A DNA stretch of 64,000 bases, taken from Balanoglossus misakiensis. Lineage: Eukaryota; Animalia; Hemichordata. Every line of letters starts with the position of its first letter. Position 1 is the stretch's first letter. Under the pieces are notes generated by a model that was given only the letters and a program-made list of their open reading frames with translations, was not told the DNA's origin and did not search any database. Position numbers and translations under genes: made by a program. The DNA is taken from assembly GCA_040954595.2 (NCBI GenBank), contig CM082578.2, positions 6,805,519 through 6,869,518 of the forward strand. Direction: 5' to 3'. Shown here piece after piece: positions 1 to 13,301 of this stretch.

Positions 1-1593
1 TTGACTTGTCTTCTTACATTGTCTTATAATATTTAAGAGACTGCAGATCTTTTTAAAAAATCCCAAGAAGCCGTTCTTTATTGCCTGTAGTCTCTTAGTG
101 CTCAATGTTTTCACAGAATTGCCTTTCTCACGGGAAATAAACAAAATGTTGAATATGTCGAGAGGTTTTATCTCAGATTATTAATGTGAAAGAAAGACAT
201 TGCAGACCTGAATTACCGGTGTACCGGTGTGATTTTAATCCCCACTTTGATTTTTGTGTCTCTCTATACGAATAAGGTTGCATACGCTTTGTTTGATATC
301 CAAAATATACGAGCGTGTAAAGACAATATGTCGACATAATCCAATGTTCGTTTAGTTTCGTTGTAATTTTGTTTAGTCACAAGAAATTTTACAAAGAAGT
401 GATTCGATAGTAACTCATCAAAGAAAAGTTATACATGTACTGAAAAAGAATCACCAGGGAAAATATGCAGACGTTTATACTTTTTTTTGTAAAGATTCTT
501 ATTGGAATCTAGTAAAGAGTGTACAAAAAATCGCATGTTACAATTTGCCAATGTTGAGACAGACACTGAGGAAATATCTCACGTCACTGCAAAAGTTAAA
601 AGCAACAAACTATACGGTGTTTAAAACTATTATGATTTGATAACAGCAGTATCATGTTTTATTTTACTGGTCGATATTCCTCTTCGAACAACAAGACGAA
701 AACGCGAACAAAGAACCACAGAGCGAAAAAGCGAATTTTTGTACAGCATAAAGGGATTACAGGTGCGTGGAGACAAAACACGCCGAGATGTCGTCTCGAT
801 CTCGCGCGCGCGGCAAGTCGGGATTGCAAAAGGCCGCGAAGATAGTGAGGACTGGACAAACCTTTGCCGCCTTGGATAAGTGCCCGATCATCTAATTCAA
901 TCAGCGATAATAGGCGGTCTTCGTCTGTGGCGGAAACACTACTGTACGCGTCAAATACAAGTTGAATTGTGTTGGATTCCGTTGGAACGGCGCATCGGAA
1001 GTGTCTAATGACGCCCTGGCATCTAAAAAGTAGCCTAATAATACTCGCGTCGGTTTCCGAAATGTTTGGGACAGACGAAATACTAGTAACTAAAGGGTGG
1101 TTATGCCAGAACAACATAGCAATGTTCTTTGTTTGCTGCCTTCTTATCGATGCCTGTCGTCAGACAGCCTATACATATTGTAGCTCTGGTACATTTTTTT
1201 TATCTCCGAGTATGGACGGTTTCTTTCTTCCATGTTTTAAACATGGTTAGCTGCAGCTAGCTTTTCTTAGATATTTCCCTCCAAATGTTCTTTCCTCGGC
1301 CCGCGGGAGAAATGATACTGTACAAGGTACAAGCGAACAATCACCGATAATCAGAAGCTTTCAACATTTCCAGGTTTGTAGCAACAAGGCACTTGAACCA
1401 GAAACACAGAGGTGCAAGATGTTTTCGTATTTCTGTCCCCGGACCCAAAGGCTTTCAGTAGTGTAGGGTTCAACCTGTTGAAATCAGACGACTGCAGTGA
1501 CCACGCTGTGCAAATTCTGGTCACTTTTCGCGCCAAAACCTACCGTGTTAACGAATATATTTGCAGCAAATGATCGCATTTATAAACTAGTAC

Positions 1594-1617
1594 ATATATA
1601 TATATATATATATATAT
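1594..1617. repeat. (AT)n microsatellite
   Basis: About 12 AT dinucleotides read directly. Confidence 0.9.
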
Positions 1618-4600
1618 TTGCACGACGTATACTTTCTCATTTTACAGTTGAAAACGACGAGAAGCCTTACATCATTTCTCTAGACGAATAATCCTAAAAA
1701 TTCGCTGTTTCCTAACAAAAAAATACGCGCACACGTTACCCCATTTGCTGCCCAATTGATACTGAAGCAACGTCGCCAGTAATTTCCCAAATGAATGACT
1801 CCCACTGAGCTTATACTTGATTACCGATAGCATTTGAAGCGACGGCAGGTGAGCATTTGTTGCGTCCATGCTGTCAAACATGGAAACGCGTAATCGAGTC
1901 CGATTTTCAATGCACGGCGAATATTATGAAAACACGGATCTAGGAACACAATGGCCGCGGGGCACAGATATATATTTTCGACATCGACATGGCAATTCAT
2001 CAAATTATTACCCATTGTTGCGCTAAAAGGAAGCGAAAGAAAACGGAATCGTCGCCTTGAAGTGTATGTTTTTTTTCTCCAGACTGACAAAAGGGCTGTT
2101 TCACAATGCTATCATTAAACGCGGAGGCGTGGTTGTATTTTGCGCCGATAAACGCGCGGCCATGCCTCCAACGCCGGCATGAAATTGACACTCCTCTTCT
2201 ACATTTACTTTATAGTATCAAAGACAAAGTGTTGCAATTATTGTGCCGTTTCTTTACGTAACAATTATTTGGCCGTTTTAACGCTTATATCTAATTTCAA
2301 GTAAAGTCGACGTTGGGGTTTCATTTTTCTCTTATCAAAATGTGTGATCAGTAAGCTTGTTCCCTAAATAGCGTATGCTTTCGTTCATAGGGCTTTTGAG
2401 AAGATGTTTGTGTATCAAAGGTTCGCAGATTTGAACGATACATTTTGTCATTTATTTATTCTACAGTTAGTTTAATACAGATTTGATATTTCGCGGATTT
2501 GGGCTTTTGTCCGACAATCTCCAGAGGGAGTGAAAGATAGTATTTCTGGCTGATTTCATTAAGACTTATTTGCGATGAACAACAAGTGAAGTGAAAGTCT
2601 GTGGTGCCGGAGTTTCTATCCATGTGTTATCGATCACAAATCGTCCACATGATCAAGCTACAACACATACCGCCCCAACCGTACACTTGTTCGTGCTGCA
2701 AATGACGTAAAAACATTGATGATTATTCGATGGCAGAAGGTGTCAACAAGTTCACGACTCATCAGTAACTCGAGACTCTCGACGGATACTCCCAGTGGCC
2801 GCTTTTACACATACTTGAACTGATGGGCACTGGAAAATTGGACAGACAGTATAATTTCAAATACTGAAGTATTTAATTTGTTTTCAGATGTTAATCTTCT
2901 ATCTGTTCAAAGCAACCACTGCACGACGATGCGACTGGGGAGAGAAAATGTCAGTTGCCGGTTGAACAGGTGTCGGGGTGGACTTTCGGCATTTAGTTCG
3001 CTCGGTCTGACGTGTCCGCGACGTGTACTTCGTAAAGTCATGTAAAGCCACCGAAAGTCGTCTCTCGGCCGATCTGGCGATCGTTGGCTTCAGGAGATTA
3101 GTCGCAAGTGCTGGATTCAAACATGGCGCGACGTGTGTATGAACAGGGATTTGATCCCTCATACAGATGTTGCCAGCACCGAAAGTACACCATACAATGA
3201 TTGCAAAGTAACACCATGCTGATTTTTTAACGCTTAACCATCAGTATTAAACCAACAAATTGCCTATTTTTTTGTTTTTATCGAAAGGTTTTCAACGCAC
3301 GAATATATATTCTCGCACAGATTGAAAAGAGGTCCAAAAATCGCAGGCTGTTATTTCGTCATCTTCTTGACGTTCGCAATTTTCTATGATTAAGAGCGGT
3401 TTTGTTTTGTTTTTATAGTTATTCAAAATACAATGGAATCGCTGAAATCAATCATCTTTGTATATATATACTGATCGGGAGCTCCTTCATTCATCATCAT
3501 TCTCGTGATTTTGATCTCAAAGAGATGCGAAAGTTCTTTGCAAGAATTATCCAAAAACATGAACATGAAAGACTACAGGATGGGCCTGGAGTAGTTTCGA
3601 CAGTTAATTTAAAGCCAAACATGGCGTCTAATGTTGACCAAACCCCAACACTCCACTTAGAGATGGGATGTGAACACCGATGCAACTTATATTTTCTAAA
3701 AGTTGGAGGTTTGACTGAGCAAGTCAACGCAAAACAAGCGGCATAATTTGCAGGAATAAAATGACTAAAACACACAACAACACAGGAATAATATCTGTGT
3801 ACGAACGTTTCTTATGTTACTGAGACTGAAACCACAATTATATACTTCTGGTGCACACAGTTTAGGTAGCTTTAAAAGGGGGAAATCGCCTTGATCTTGA
3901 AATATGGATTGCGGATGTTGTTTTTTCGCTAGCTTTGGTTTCAATCAAACAGTAAAATCCTTTGTAGACCATGTATTAGTTTGAAGTATCATGTTTAGCT
4001 TACTAAATTGCGTGTCAATAATGATTTATTCCATTGCCTAGCATTAACAATCTAAAATGACCGAAGGATAGTTGGTAAAAAAAATCGCGAGGAAGTATGC
4101 AACGTGCATGGCATATCCCCTCAAAAGACGAGAGATTAAAGAACAAACGGTAAATAATGACAGTGACCGGATCGAGGATTTTCCGTCAAATCTCGTCTTT
4201 AGTGTTTTCCATGAAAGTAATCGATTTCAAAGTTCGGCTTTTTCATATTTCTCTTCTGTAAACACGTGCTTTCACAAACCTTGACTTTCAGTTTTGTTGA
4301 CCGACACTTCATTTACATCATGGCATTGAATGTTTCATTCCTCTTAAACGTCACTCCAATAAGACTTGGCGAGGAAAGTGAGCTTTGTCGTCGGTTCCAT
4401 GCAACAAGAAGACCCCGCTAAAAATTGCCTCATCTGAGATATCTGTGACACAGACGTTTTTATCAATGTTCTATCTACTCTTTTAGTCACAGAACACGAA
4501 GACTCAATTGTATACAGTCTTAACTGCCAATCGAAAATTTGAGTCACTGTAAAGCGCGTTGGATTTTGTGAACTTTATTTTTCATAATGCGAAGATTAAA

Positions 4601-4849
4601 AAATAAAGACCATTCAAATCCAATCTAGCATATTCAACCCGACTTCTCTCTCCCCGTGCCGTCCTGCTCTGCACGGAATCCGGACTTTTGTGCATGACTT
4701 ATCTGGTTGTTTAGAAAACATATAACACCGATGACCACAAATTTAAACATTCTTCTGATCGTCAACATTAATTTTAATCGGTGAAAATGAGAACCATTTC
4801 ATATTATTTCGTTGATAAAAAAAGCGGATTTTAGTAAGTTTTGCTGTTG

Positions 4850-5532
4850 TTGTTGTTGTTGTTGTTGTGGAACGAAGATATCAGTATAATTTCAATTCAT
4901 TTACATCAGGTCCACTGGTCCAATCAGACAACCAATATGGTCCAATTAGATTTAACCAGGTCAGTTAGAGCATGACGGTTTTACTTTCCGTATGGAAATC
5001 TTAGAATTTTATCGAACAACAGCAAACGGCAACTTTCGAAATAAAAAAGCTAATATTGCAAGGGCCACTGTGTTTTAACTCAAAATTCAATACAATTTTC
5101 TCCATTCTAATTAAATCCCCTACACGCCAGGTATCTTAGACTACCTCGTTTAGTTTGGGGATAACTGTCCGGCATCACGAAGTTTCCTTTTGTTGTTGTT
5201 GTTGTTGTGGAACGAAGATATCAGTATAATTTCAATTCATTTACATCAGGTCCACTGGTCCAATCAGACAACCAATATGGTCCAATTAGATTTAACCAGG
5301 TCAGTTAGAGCATGACGGTTTTACTTTCCGTATGGAAATCTTAGAATTTTATCGAACAACAGCAAACGGCAACTTTCGAAATAAAAAAGCTAATATTGCA
5401 AGGGCCACTGTGTTTTAACTCAAAATTCAATACAATTTTCTCCATTCTAATTAAATCCCCTACACGCCAGGTATCTTAGACTACCTCGTTTAGTTTGGGG
5501 ATAACTGTCCGGCATCACGAAGTTTCCTTTTG
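4850..5532. repeat. 340-bp direct tandem duplication (2 copies) starting in a (GTT)n tract
   Basis: 4850-5192 matches 5190-5532 at offset 340 (e.g. GGAACGAAGATA at 4869 and 5209; AGTTTCCTTTTG at 5181 and 5521). No mismatches seen by eye. Confidence 0.95.
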
Positions 5533-8500
5533 CATTTCTATTCCATAATATTTTCCTCGTGAACAAGACGAAAAAAACCTCTTGTCTTACGTTACTCCGA
5601 ATACGCTGTCGGATAACATTGTCCCGCTAAACATCAATAATAGACCACTATTTGAACTTGTTGGTATATTATCTTGGCTACTGAACAAATGATAAGACCA
5701 CTGAAATCAAGATGCTGAACAAAAATACTGCATTGTGAAATCATTACACTAGCATATATAGTACCATGCAGTTGCATGTCTCAACGGTGGCGTAGTCGCC
5801 GTGTCTTATGATTCAAGCGACCGAAGTGTGACAGTCCTTCGATCTTTCGATTAAATCTCGCCCAGGTGAATTCCCCCGGACTCACACATCCGTACGAACG
5901 GCTGCTTTTCGGGCTTTCGGTCGTTTGACCTCCGAACTGAGGACATTCAGAGGTTAGCTCCTGAAGCTAAAATCACCCCCGTCTGTCTGTCGCGTCTTAC
6001 GGATGCTTGTGTGGCATCCATGAAAAACACAACGTATACACAATGCTATCAGAGATAACGCATCAAGAGAGAGAATATTGAAATAGCCAAAAACACATTC
6101 CCGTTCTATCGTAGATCAGTCGATGTCGGTATTGACGTTCGGGTAAAGTAAAAATAGAGTACTGATCGTAAATTCGATGACAAAAAGCTTAGAACGGGAT
6201 CCTAGAGCACGCGCAACCGAGAACGACAGTTTAGACGACTGCCTGACCAGGCTGGTGCACGCTGTCTCTCCGTGACATTCGAATACCGAAATGACGAATA
6301 AAAGCCTTTGCTATACAAACAAAGGAAAAGTCAAACGTTAATAATTTACATAAAATTCATTAGTTTACTTTGATACACCAATATTTTGCCAAATGATTTG
6401 TTCGTCAACTCGGTTATGAAGATAAAGGTCTGCAGAGGACAAAGGTGAATGCGGTGTTTAGTTTGTCATGTTTAGCCATTTGTTCTTCACAAATGTGTTT
6501 TGCTAACATAACGGTAACAAAATATCTGCATGAGAGACGCAGAAAAGGTACAACTTCACAGTGGGAATCAAGGCTATGCCAGTGCCCCCCCCCCCTTTCA
6601 CCTCCCGGGTGTTTAAGCTTCGTGTACTTACGTCGTTTGTGAGCCGAGGGTGGGAAACGGCAGCCTAGCTTTCCACGATGGTCGCTGTATTCTGATGACG
6701 CGGTCAACTGGGGTCACTGGTTGGAGATGATCATGCGTCGATTGAGTCTGTCTGGTTTGCCTGTATGTATACTGGGCAGCTCATCAGCTTCTCAACTGCC
6801 CTCGTTTGTCGCCGGGCATCCGTCAGTCTCTCTGTTTAACCATTCTTGGAAGCGCTGAAATTCTGTTCCAGACAAACCTGTTTTCCCTCGGATAAAAAAA
6901 GCAAACGCTTCTCGTTTCGGCTGCTGATCATTTGGGTGTGTTTTATTCTTCTTCACATAGGTCGACGGATGGACTGGTTCTGGAACCTGGGCGCTCGACG
7001 CACAGACAAAGGGCCTTGGCGGGATCAAGACATCAGATTATTGACGTGCTGAGGATAAATCTTGGCCAGAGCATAATACGGCCCACACGTGCCATGCTTC
7101 TTAACGGATTTCCCTTCAAAATATGACAATAGATCCATTAGTCTGGAATATTGCGTGGAAAATTCTACAGTATCCCTCCACCCCCGCCCACCCATTCGTC
7201 CTTGCACCATATGTCTGTCTGATTCAATATAGTCTGGTATCTTCACCTGTAGTCGACTAATGGCTTCGATAATTTTCTGCAGATTTTAAAACAAAAAATC
7301 CTCTCAAGAGTTAGATTCTATCGACGTAGACAGTTTTGATTTGTTTCTGAAGAAAAAATGGAAGTGCTATAGGGCGATTTCTCGATAAATTTTGTAGTCT
7401 TTTATCGTGGTCATTTTTAGGGTACTGCCTTGGAGAGAATTGAAGGCGCTCGCCGAAGTTGCTTCATTGAAACGCGACGTTTTTATTACTCCCAAAGCTG
7501 TGCGACTAATTTGGGGCAGTCATTACGATTAAAAATGTGACAGATCTCCCCTCCCGGGGAGTATGTGATTTAACAATTCGACAATGACTGTCGTGGACTG
7601 TTTTGAATTTGACAGACTCTGTCGTGCTTGCTTATGAATGAATGAAACCGAAGGGACAGGGGCAGTGGGAATAACGGACGCATGTGCATAATACAATGTA
7701 CATTGTACTTGTATCCTGAAGTGAAGTCGCCTAAAGACCTTGAACTTGGTTTCATTGCCCTCGGGGACAGGAAGTCAGCCAATGTCCCCGTTTCCCCTTC
7801 CAGGGATTTCCAATATGGTTGTTTTTAGAAATTATGTGATTCGCTAAAACGCGTCTCTTCTATAATTCATGATTGCAGGCAAATGCACTCACACAACGGG
7901 TGGACGCCGGGGTAGGCCCATGAGGTCACTAAATTTTGTTCGGTGCAGACAATTTGGTCCGAAGTCGAACAGGAACACAGTCACGTTTTTTAAGCACATA
8001 TATACTAACGATAAAAGTGTTGATCTGGCCTTTAATAAACTCGGGCCGATGCTTGGCTTTTTTGCATCATCAACTTCACAGAGATCCGCGCAGCCCGCAG
8101 TTGTAGTCTGTTCAATACCACATGGTTTCAGTCTCCCCTCTGTCTCCCCTAGCCCATCGTTTGCAAGTTATGAACGCCAATTCAATCAGTGAACTCGCGA
8201 GACATTTGTAATAAGTGATAGTCTGAGAGAGTGAAATGCGATAGAGTGGCGATGCATTGTAAGGTTTTTAATTGAATTATACCAGTAGACTAGGAAAGCA
8301 ACACCTTTATTCGGTTATGATTCTTTGGCTTCGATTTGGGTAATTGTTGAGCTCTCAAATATTAACAATAGCAACTATAGTATTATTCAAGTAACAATAG
8401 CATTGTTCATCAATACAATGTGGCGAGCCTGTCGAATTAAACCTGACTTACAATATATCGTTGCCTAAACTAGCAGTGCATTTTAGGTTCACTTTGCAAC

Positions 8501-11102
8501 CACATACCTTTTGGTATAATCTCACAGCACAGCGCCACCTCTGTTCTAAGTTAGCAAATCTTGTGTTCAAACGAGAGTGGGTGCAGTCCTTCCATCATCT
8601 AAAAAAGCATTCGATCGATGTCGATATTTTGACTCGTAAATTCTGTCTTTCATCCTCACCAAAGGAGAGGGGTGCGTCGAAACACAAAACTCTTAAGCTT
8701 GTTCCCGAAGCGCAAAATTAATAAAGTCAGTCGATTCGACTGCTTTTTAAGAACCTGGATCATTTGAGTCCTGCCAACGAGTCGAACAAACGCCGTGACA
8801 AGATGTACATTAGGTAAATGTGAAATGTCACGTGGATTCAATGTCTTAGAAGAGAGCGCATCATTAAAATAAAAACAATAAAATGCGAACGCGTGTTTCC
8901 TTCGAAAGGATTAGAATAATCGGCTCGACTACAATTTTCCTTCAAAGCACCTAGGATGGATTATGTCCGTTATTTTTGGGGGGGGGGGGGTTCTGAGTGA
9001 TAAGTAACCGTCACTGTCACTAAGCAGAGTCGCCCACGGACGATACCGGACAAATGCCAAAGAGTCGGAAATACGTTTTCGAATTCGTCCCTCAAACTAG
9101 ACGGTAGCAATCTGGCAAACCGGCATCCATTTTACATACAATAATGAAGAAAAACAATGACAAAACAGTGGTTTATAAATGTGTAGTGTGAAAATAGGCG
9201 ATTGACATGTGAAAACGACGTCCGCATTTCTTTATATAATTACAGTTGACGCATCGGTTTTGTGTCTTTTACAAGTGTTATCAAAACCAAACCGATCTGA
9301 TAAAACGATCAAAACTCCAATCATATGAGCATGCACTAGTATGTGGGACGAGCGCGTCATTTTTGTGTCTGGCCGATTTTGTTAATGTCCCTAATAACAT
9401 TGTTTTTATCCGTCTTGTTTTCCCTACTGACGAAGTTAAAATATGAAAATTGCAGTTCTGTTGGTATTTTGGCAGCAGCACACCCACCGACATCACGGAC
9501 AAATGGGAGGAATACACAACCCTGTGCGTCGGTTTGTCATCTGATGGGATATTACAGTTATTGAGCAATTTGATCGCAGATTGTCGGACAGATCAGCCAG
9601 TTTTATCGGATTTGTCGATCGGACGCGTGGAGATTCTGACGAGATAACGCGACGGAGGCCAGCGGTGACACATTAATTACCGCGTGTAAACTCAAAATAA
9701 AAACAAATCATCTATAAGAGTGTTCATATCTCGGTTCAACATGGACGCACATGACATTTCTGTGATTATTATGCGAGTTCGTCTGATCTTTTTCACCGAA
9801 ATAGAAATCGACCTTCTTCTCAGGCTGGCTGTTTGTCCAAGATCCCTCATACTCGCCATGTTGAGTATTCATCATTATATCCCTAATTCTGTCATAACGA
9901 TAATTTCGTGGCTTTATTTTCTTAATTACAATACAGTATCCTCCCGCATAGCCATAGACACAAACACGACCCCTTCATTCTTCCCAATCATCAACCTCTT
10001 TGATGACTTTTTATTTTCCGCCGTAATATCAGGGTTTAATTTCAACCGATCTGTTATCATCGACTAACGGATAGACCAGTTTCGATCAGCCGTCTTATTG
10101 TAGACTACTCCGAAATATGGAGCGTCACCTTTTAAGAGAAGTCTGAAATTGTCTGAAAGCAACCCGGGGTGAGTAGAAAAAAATATCACTTATCCCTTGG
10201 CACATGAAAGTACGATACAAACAGAATAATTTTGCATGAAAATTACAGTAGTGTAACGTTTTGGATTCATTGCAACACACAATGTTGTAACGGTATCCGA
10301 CACAGCAATGTAGGTTAGCTTTTGTGGAAATTGCGTATTTATATCAACAATGAATGTGGTAGTTATCAAATCATCTAAAAGTGCCGCGTACGTTGAGAAT
10401 TTTTTCCAAATCCAGCGCTTTTTGTGAAGCAATATTAGCTAAAGCCGGTCGGTGACTTCGCAAAACATTTGTAAAAGAACGTGGTCGGGTATTGGGAGGG
10501 TTGTTCCAATAGCGCCACCTACGACGCAATTTCAAAGTTGCGAGAACGTGGTTTTAGCGGACTAATTTTAGGATTGAAAGCTATCTGATGGTGCAATTCA
10601 CAGATAACAAGTAAGATGGCCCACACCTGCCGTAAACGCTTGACGCTCATGGTTTCCCAAATGCTTCTCCCATGCTTTGAGTAAATCTCCACACGATTAT
10701 CAGACAATTTATCAGCCTGGGAAATTTTCAATACAAAATTACTGCCAACATGTTTAGGCTTCTGAGACTGGCGAGACACATAATATGTGGGGGAGACGGG
10801 CTTTACGTAATTGGGCAATAAATCTACTATACAGCTGTGAAATTTTCGCCTGTATCAGTTTGTGTTGACGAGGGACTGGAACACTCTTGTGCGTTCTATA
10901 CTATACCCAGTGTCGGACGGTATTAAAGTAGATTTCAGAAGGATAGATTACAGACAAACTTCTGGTGGTAAATGACTGTGTACGTACCAGCTATATGTGT
11001 CATGTACATACTACTTCAGGCACTTGATATACACGCGGAAATTCCAGGCGCTCTTACACCCCTACGAGCACGGCAGAATTTATACAGGTATAGTGTGTAT
11101 AA

Positions 11103-11899
11103 GGGAGCATTCGTTTTTTACAGGGAGGGGGGGGGGGGGCCGGTGGAAATCAGGGGGGGGTTTACTTTTACAAAGCAGTTTTTAGGGGGGGACACATTTT
11201 ATAATCAAGGGATTATTATATAGGGACTGAAAGGGGGGACTTGAAAACTTTGACGGCTAAATATTTATTTTGAGTCCACAAAAATGCAGTTTCGCGTTCT
11301 TTATTTTACAAAATTTTCTAATGTGGGAGGGGGACACCCCCTCCCACACCCACCCCCTCCATTCATCAACACCTTTCAATCATTGACTGGTTTATCTAGT
11401 GTCCCAGGTCAGGGGACTTGCCCCCACCCCATGATAACTTTGAGCGGCGACGTTAATTTGCTTTTGCTGGGTTCATTAAAATGCAGCTTTGAGCTCTGTA
11501 TTTTATAAAATTTTCTTATGTGGGAGGGGGACACCCCCTCCCAAACCCACCCCCTTCAATTCTCGGTTTACAATGTCTCCCAACACAGAATACAAATACT
11601 TAAAATATAAAAACAATGTTCAGTAGACATGTAAATGAACAGACATAAATTGACAACAGAGAAAAAGATGCTGAAAAAAGACAAACTGAAAATAGTTGAA
11701 GCGCACATATGTGGTAAGTCGAACATACACCAATATCTGACAAAGTTTGATAAGTTAATCCGTTGGATAAACTTTTTTTTTTTGGGGGGGGGGGTCACAT
11801 TTTAGAAAAGTAATTTCCAGGGGGGGTTGCCTTTTACATTTAGTCGGCGACTCAAATTCCACCGGCCCCCCCCCCTCCCTGTAAAAAACGAATGCTCCC
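11103..11899. mobile_element. PIF/Harbinger-type (Tourist-like) MITE, ~800 bp
   Basis: TIRs of ~45 bp: GGGAGCATTCGTTTTTTACAGGGAG(G)nCCGGTGGAA ... TTCCACCGG(C)nTCCCTGTAAAAAACGAATGCTCCC. TAA on both sides (11100-11102, 11900-11902) is a 3-bp TSD typical of PIF/Harbinger. No transposase ORF. Confidence 0.85.
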
Positions 11900-12125
11900 T
11901 AAGCTAAGTAATACGTGGCCTATACAGACCTGTTTCTTCTTCAGCTCTGTTCATCATGATGCAACGTTTTCCTGGTATTTATATTTAAAATGGTGAGAAA
12001 AAAATCAAACGTTGGGCAAATAATCTACAAAACTATGAGATCATTAAAAATCACATCTTGTATGAAGAGCCTGTCGAACGATGGCGACTTGGGCCTACAC
12101 ATCCCCCTACACATTGCAAAAGTAC

Positions 12126-12197
12126 TAGCAGCGCCTGGTTTCGATCCAGGGACCTCTGGGTTATGGGCCCAGCACGCTTCCGCTGCGCCACGCTGCT
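12126..12197 (-). tRNA. tRNA-iMet (CAT), initiator, copy 1
   Basis: Minus strand reads AGCAGCGTGGCGCAGCGGAAGCGTGCTGGGCCCATAACCCAGAGGTCCCTGGATCGAAACCAGGCGCTGCTA. It has A1:U72, three G-C pairs in the anticodon stem, a CAT anticodon and T-loop ATCGAAA (A54, A60), all eukaryotic initiator hallmarks. TTTT Pol III terminator 4 nt downstream. Confidence 0.97.
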
Positions 12198-13229
12198 CTT
12201 GTATGAAGACTTTTACCCTGCAAATAAATTTATTTAAAAAATTGAAATACGTCTCATACCATGATGCAATTTCCCTGCGAGGTTGCATGCGCAAAATGGC
12301 CGCCGTTCGCATAATTTGTTAGTTTCTGTCGCGCATACCCGGCCCCACGTTACTCACAGAGGCAGTCAAGGTAACTGGTCAACGCACGCAGTTACACAAA
12401 GTGGCCTTATTGCGTCGTGCTTTTTCGACAGGCGATTGAAACCAATAACGAAAAGAAGAAAATTAACACAAAAATCGCATATCCTTGGAACATGAACTTT
12501 AATTATGGATTTAAGGCTGTCATCCGTCTGTAGGCCTAAAAGCAGTTTCCTCTCCGAAGTTTCAGGCAAACACGGTCGCCATACCAACATTACGCCTTTT
12601 GCAGATGAGTGGCTCACTTATCTTACCTTAGTATTCGTGTAGAATGCCAAGTCCGAATATGCTTCTCTCAACTTAAATTTGGTCAACTATTCCGAGCGTG
12701 TCCCGTTAGTAAACTGTGGCGTCGGTCAGAGATTTTCAGACTGAACCTCGGCTCAGACGTACCCGATATACATCTTTCTTTTGAAGCAGTCATGTCTCCA
12801 TTTAATCATAGCCTACGTTCCCACTGATTTCTTTTTCTTTCCAATCTGTCCAATTTGGTATTTCTCACCACATGCGACGAAATTTACCAAAATTTTAATG
12901 AACTTTTGGAGCTTCGATCCACATATCATCCACATATTCGTCCTTGCAATGCAATGAAGTATTGAAGAAATTTACAGAAAGGATCGAATCATCGATTGAA
13001 AACTTTAAAATTAAACATTTCCCTGAGAGATACATGACGAGACCAATCTGAGCGGACTTTATTCTCAAATTTATCATTGGTTTTATCTGTAAACTTCCAT
13101 CAAACTTAAATTTACGTACCCATACCTTGAATGTCAGACTTCGAAACGGACAGAGAGGTTCCATGAATACTCTGCAACTGTCAAAAAGCAAAAGTGCTGC
13201 AACCTTCTAGTTCAGCGAAAAAAAAAAAC

Positions 13230-13301
13230 TAGCAGCGCCTGGTTTCGATCCAGGGACCTCTGGGTTATGGGCCCAGCACGCTTCCGCTGCGCCACGCTGC
13301 T
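13230..13301 (-). tRNA. tRNA-iMet (CAT), initiator, copy 2
   Basis: 72 nt identical to copy 1, followed by a T11 Pol III terminator (A-run 13218-13228 on +). Flanks are unrelated to copy 1. Confidence 0.97.

Noticed and set aside
659-1117. 152-aa minus-strand ORF and overlapping plus-strand ORFs
   Set aside because: No recognisable domain and no consistent exon chain; treated as a chance ORF or decayed repeat.
6414-7246. Chain of short minus-strand ORFs with an acceptor near 7247 and a donor near 6631
   Set aside because: Stops occur in all frames and I recognise no homology. It may be a non-coding exon or TE relic, but cannot be supported as a CDS.
11990-12322. ORFs overlapping tRNA copy 1
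   Set aside because: These are translations of the tRNA gene and its flanks.
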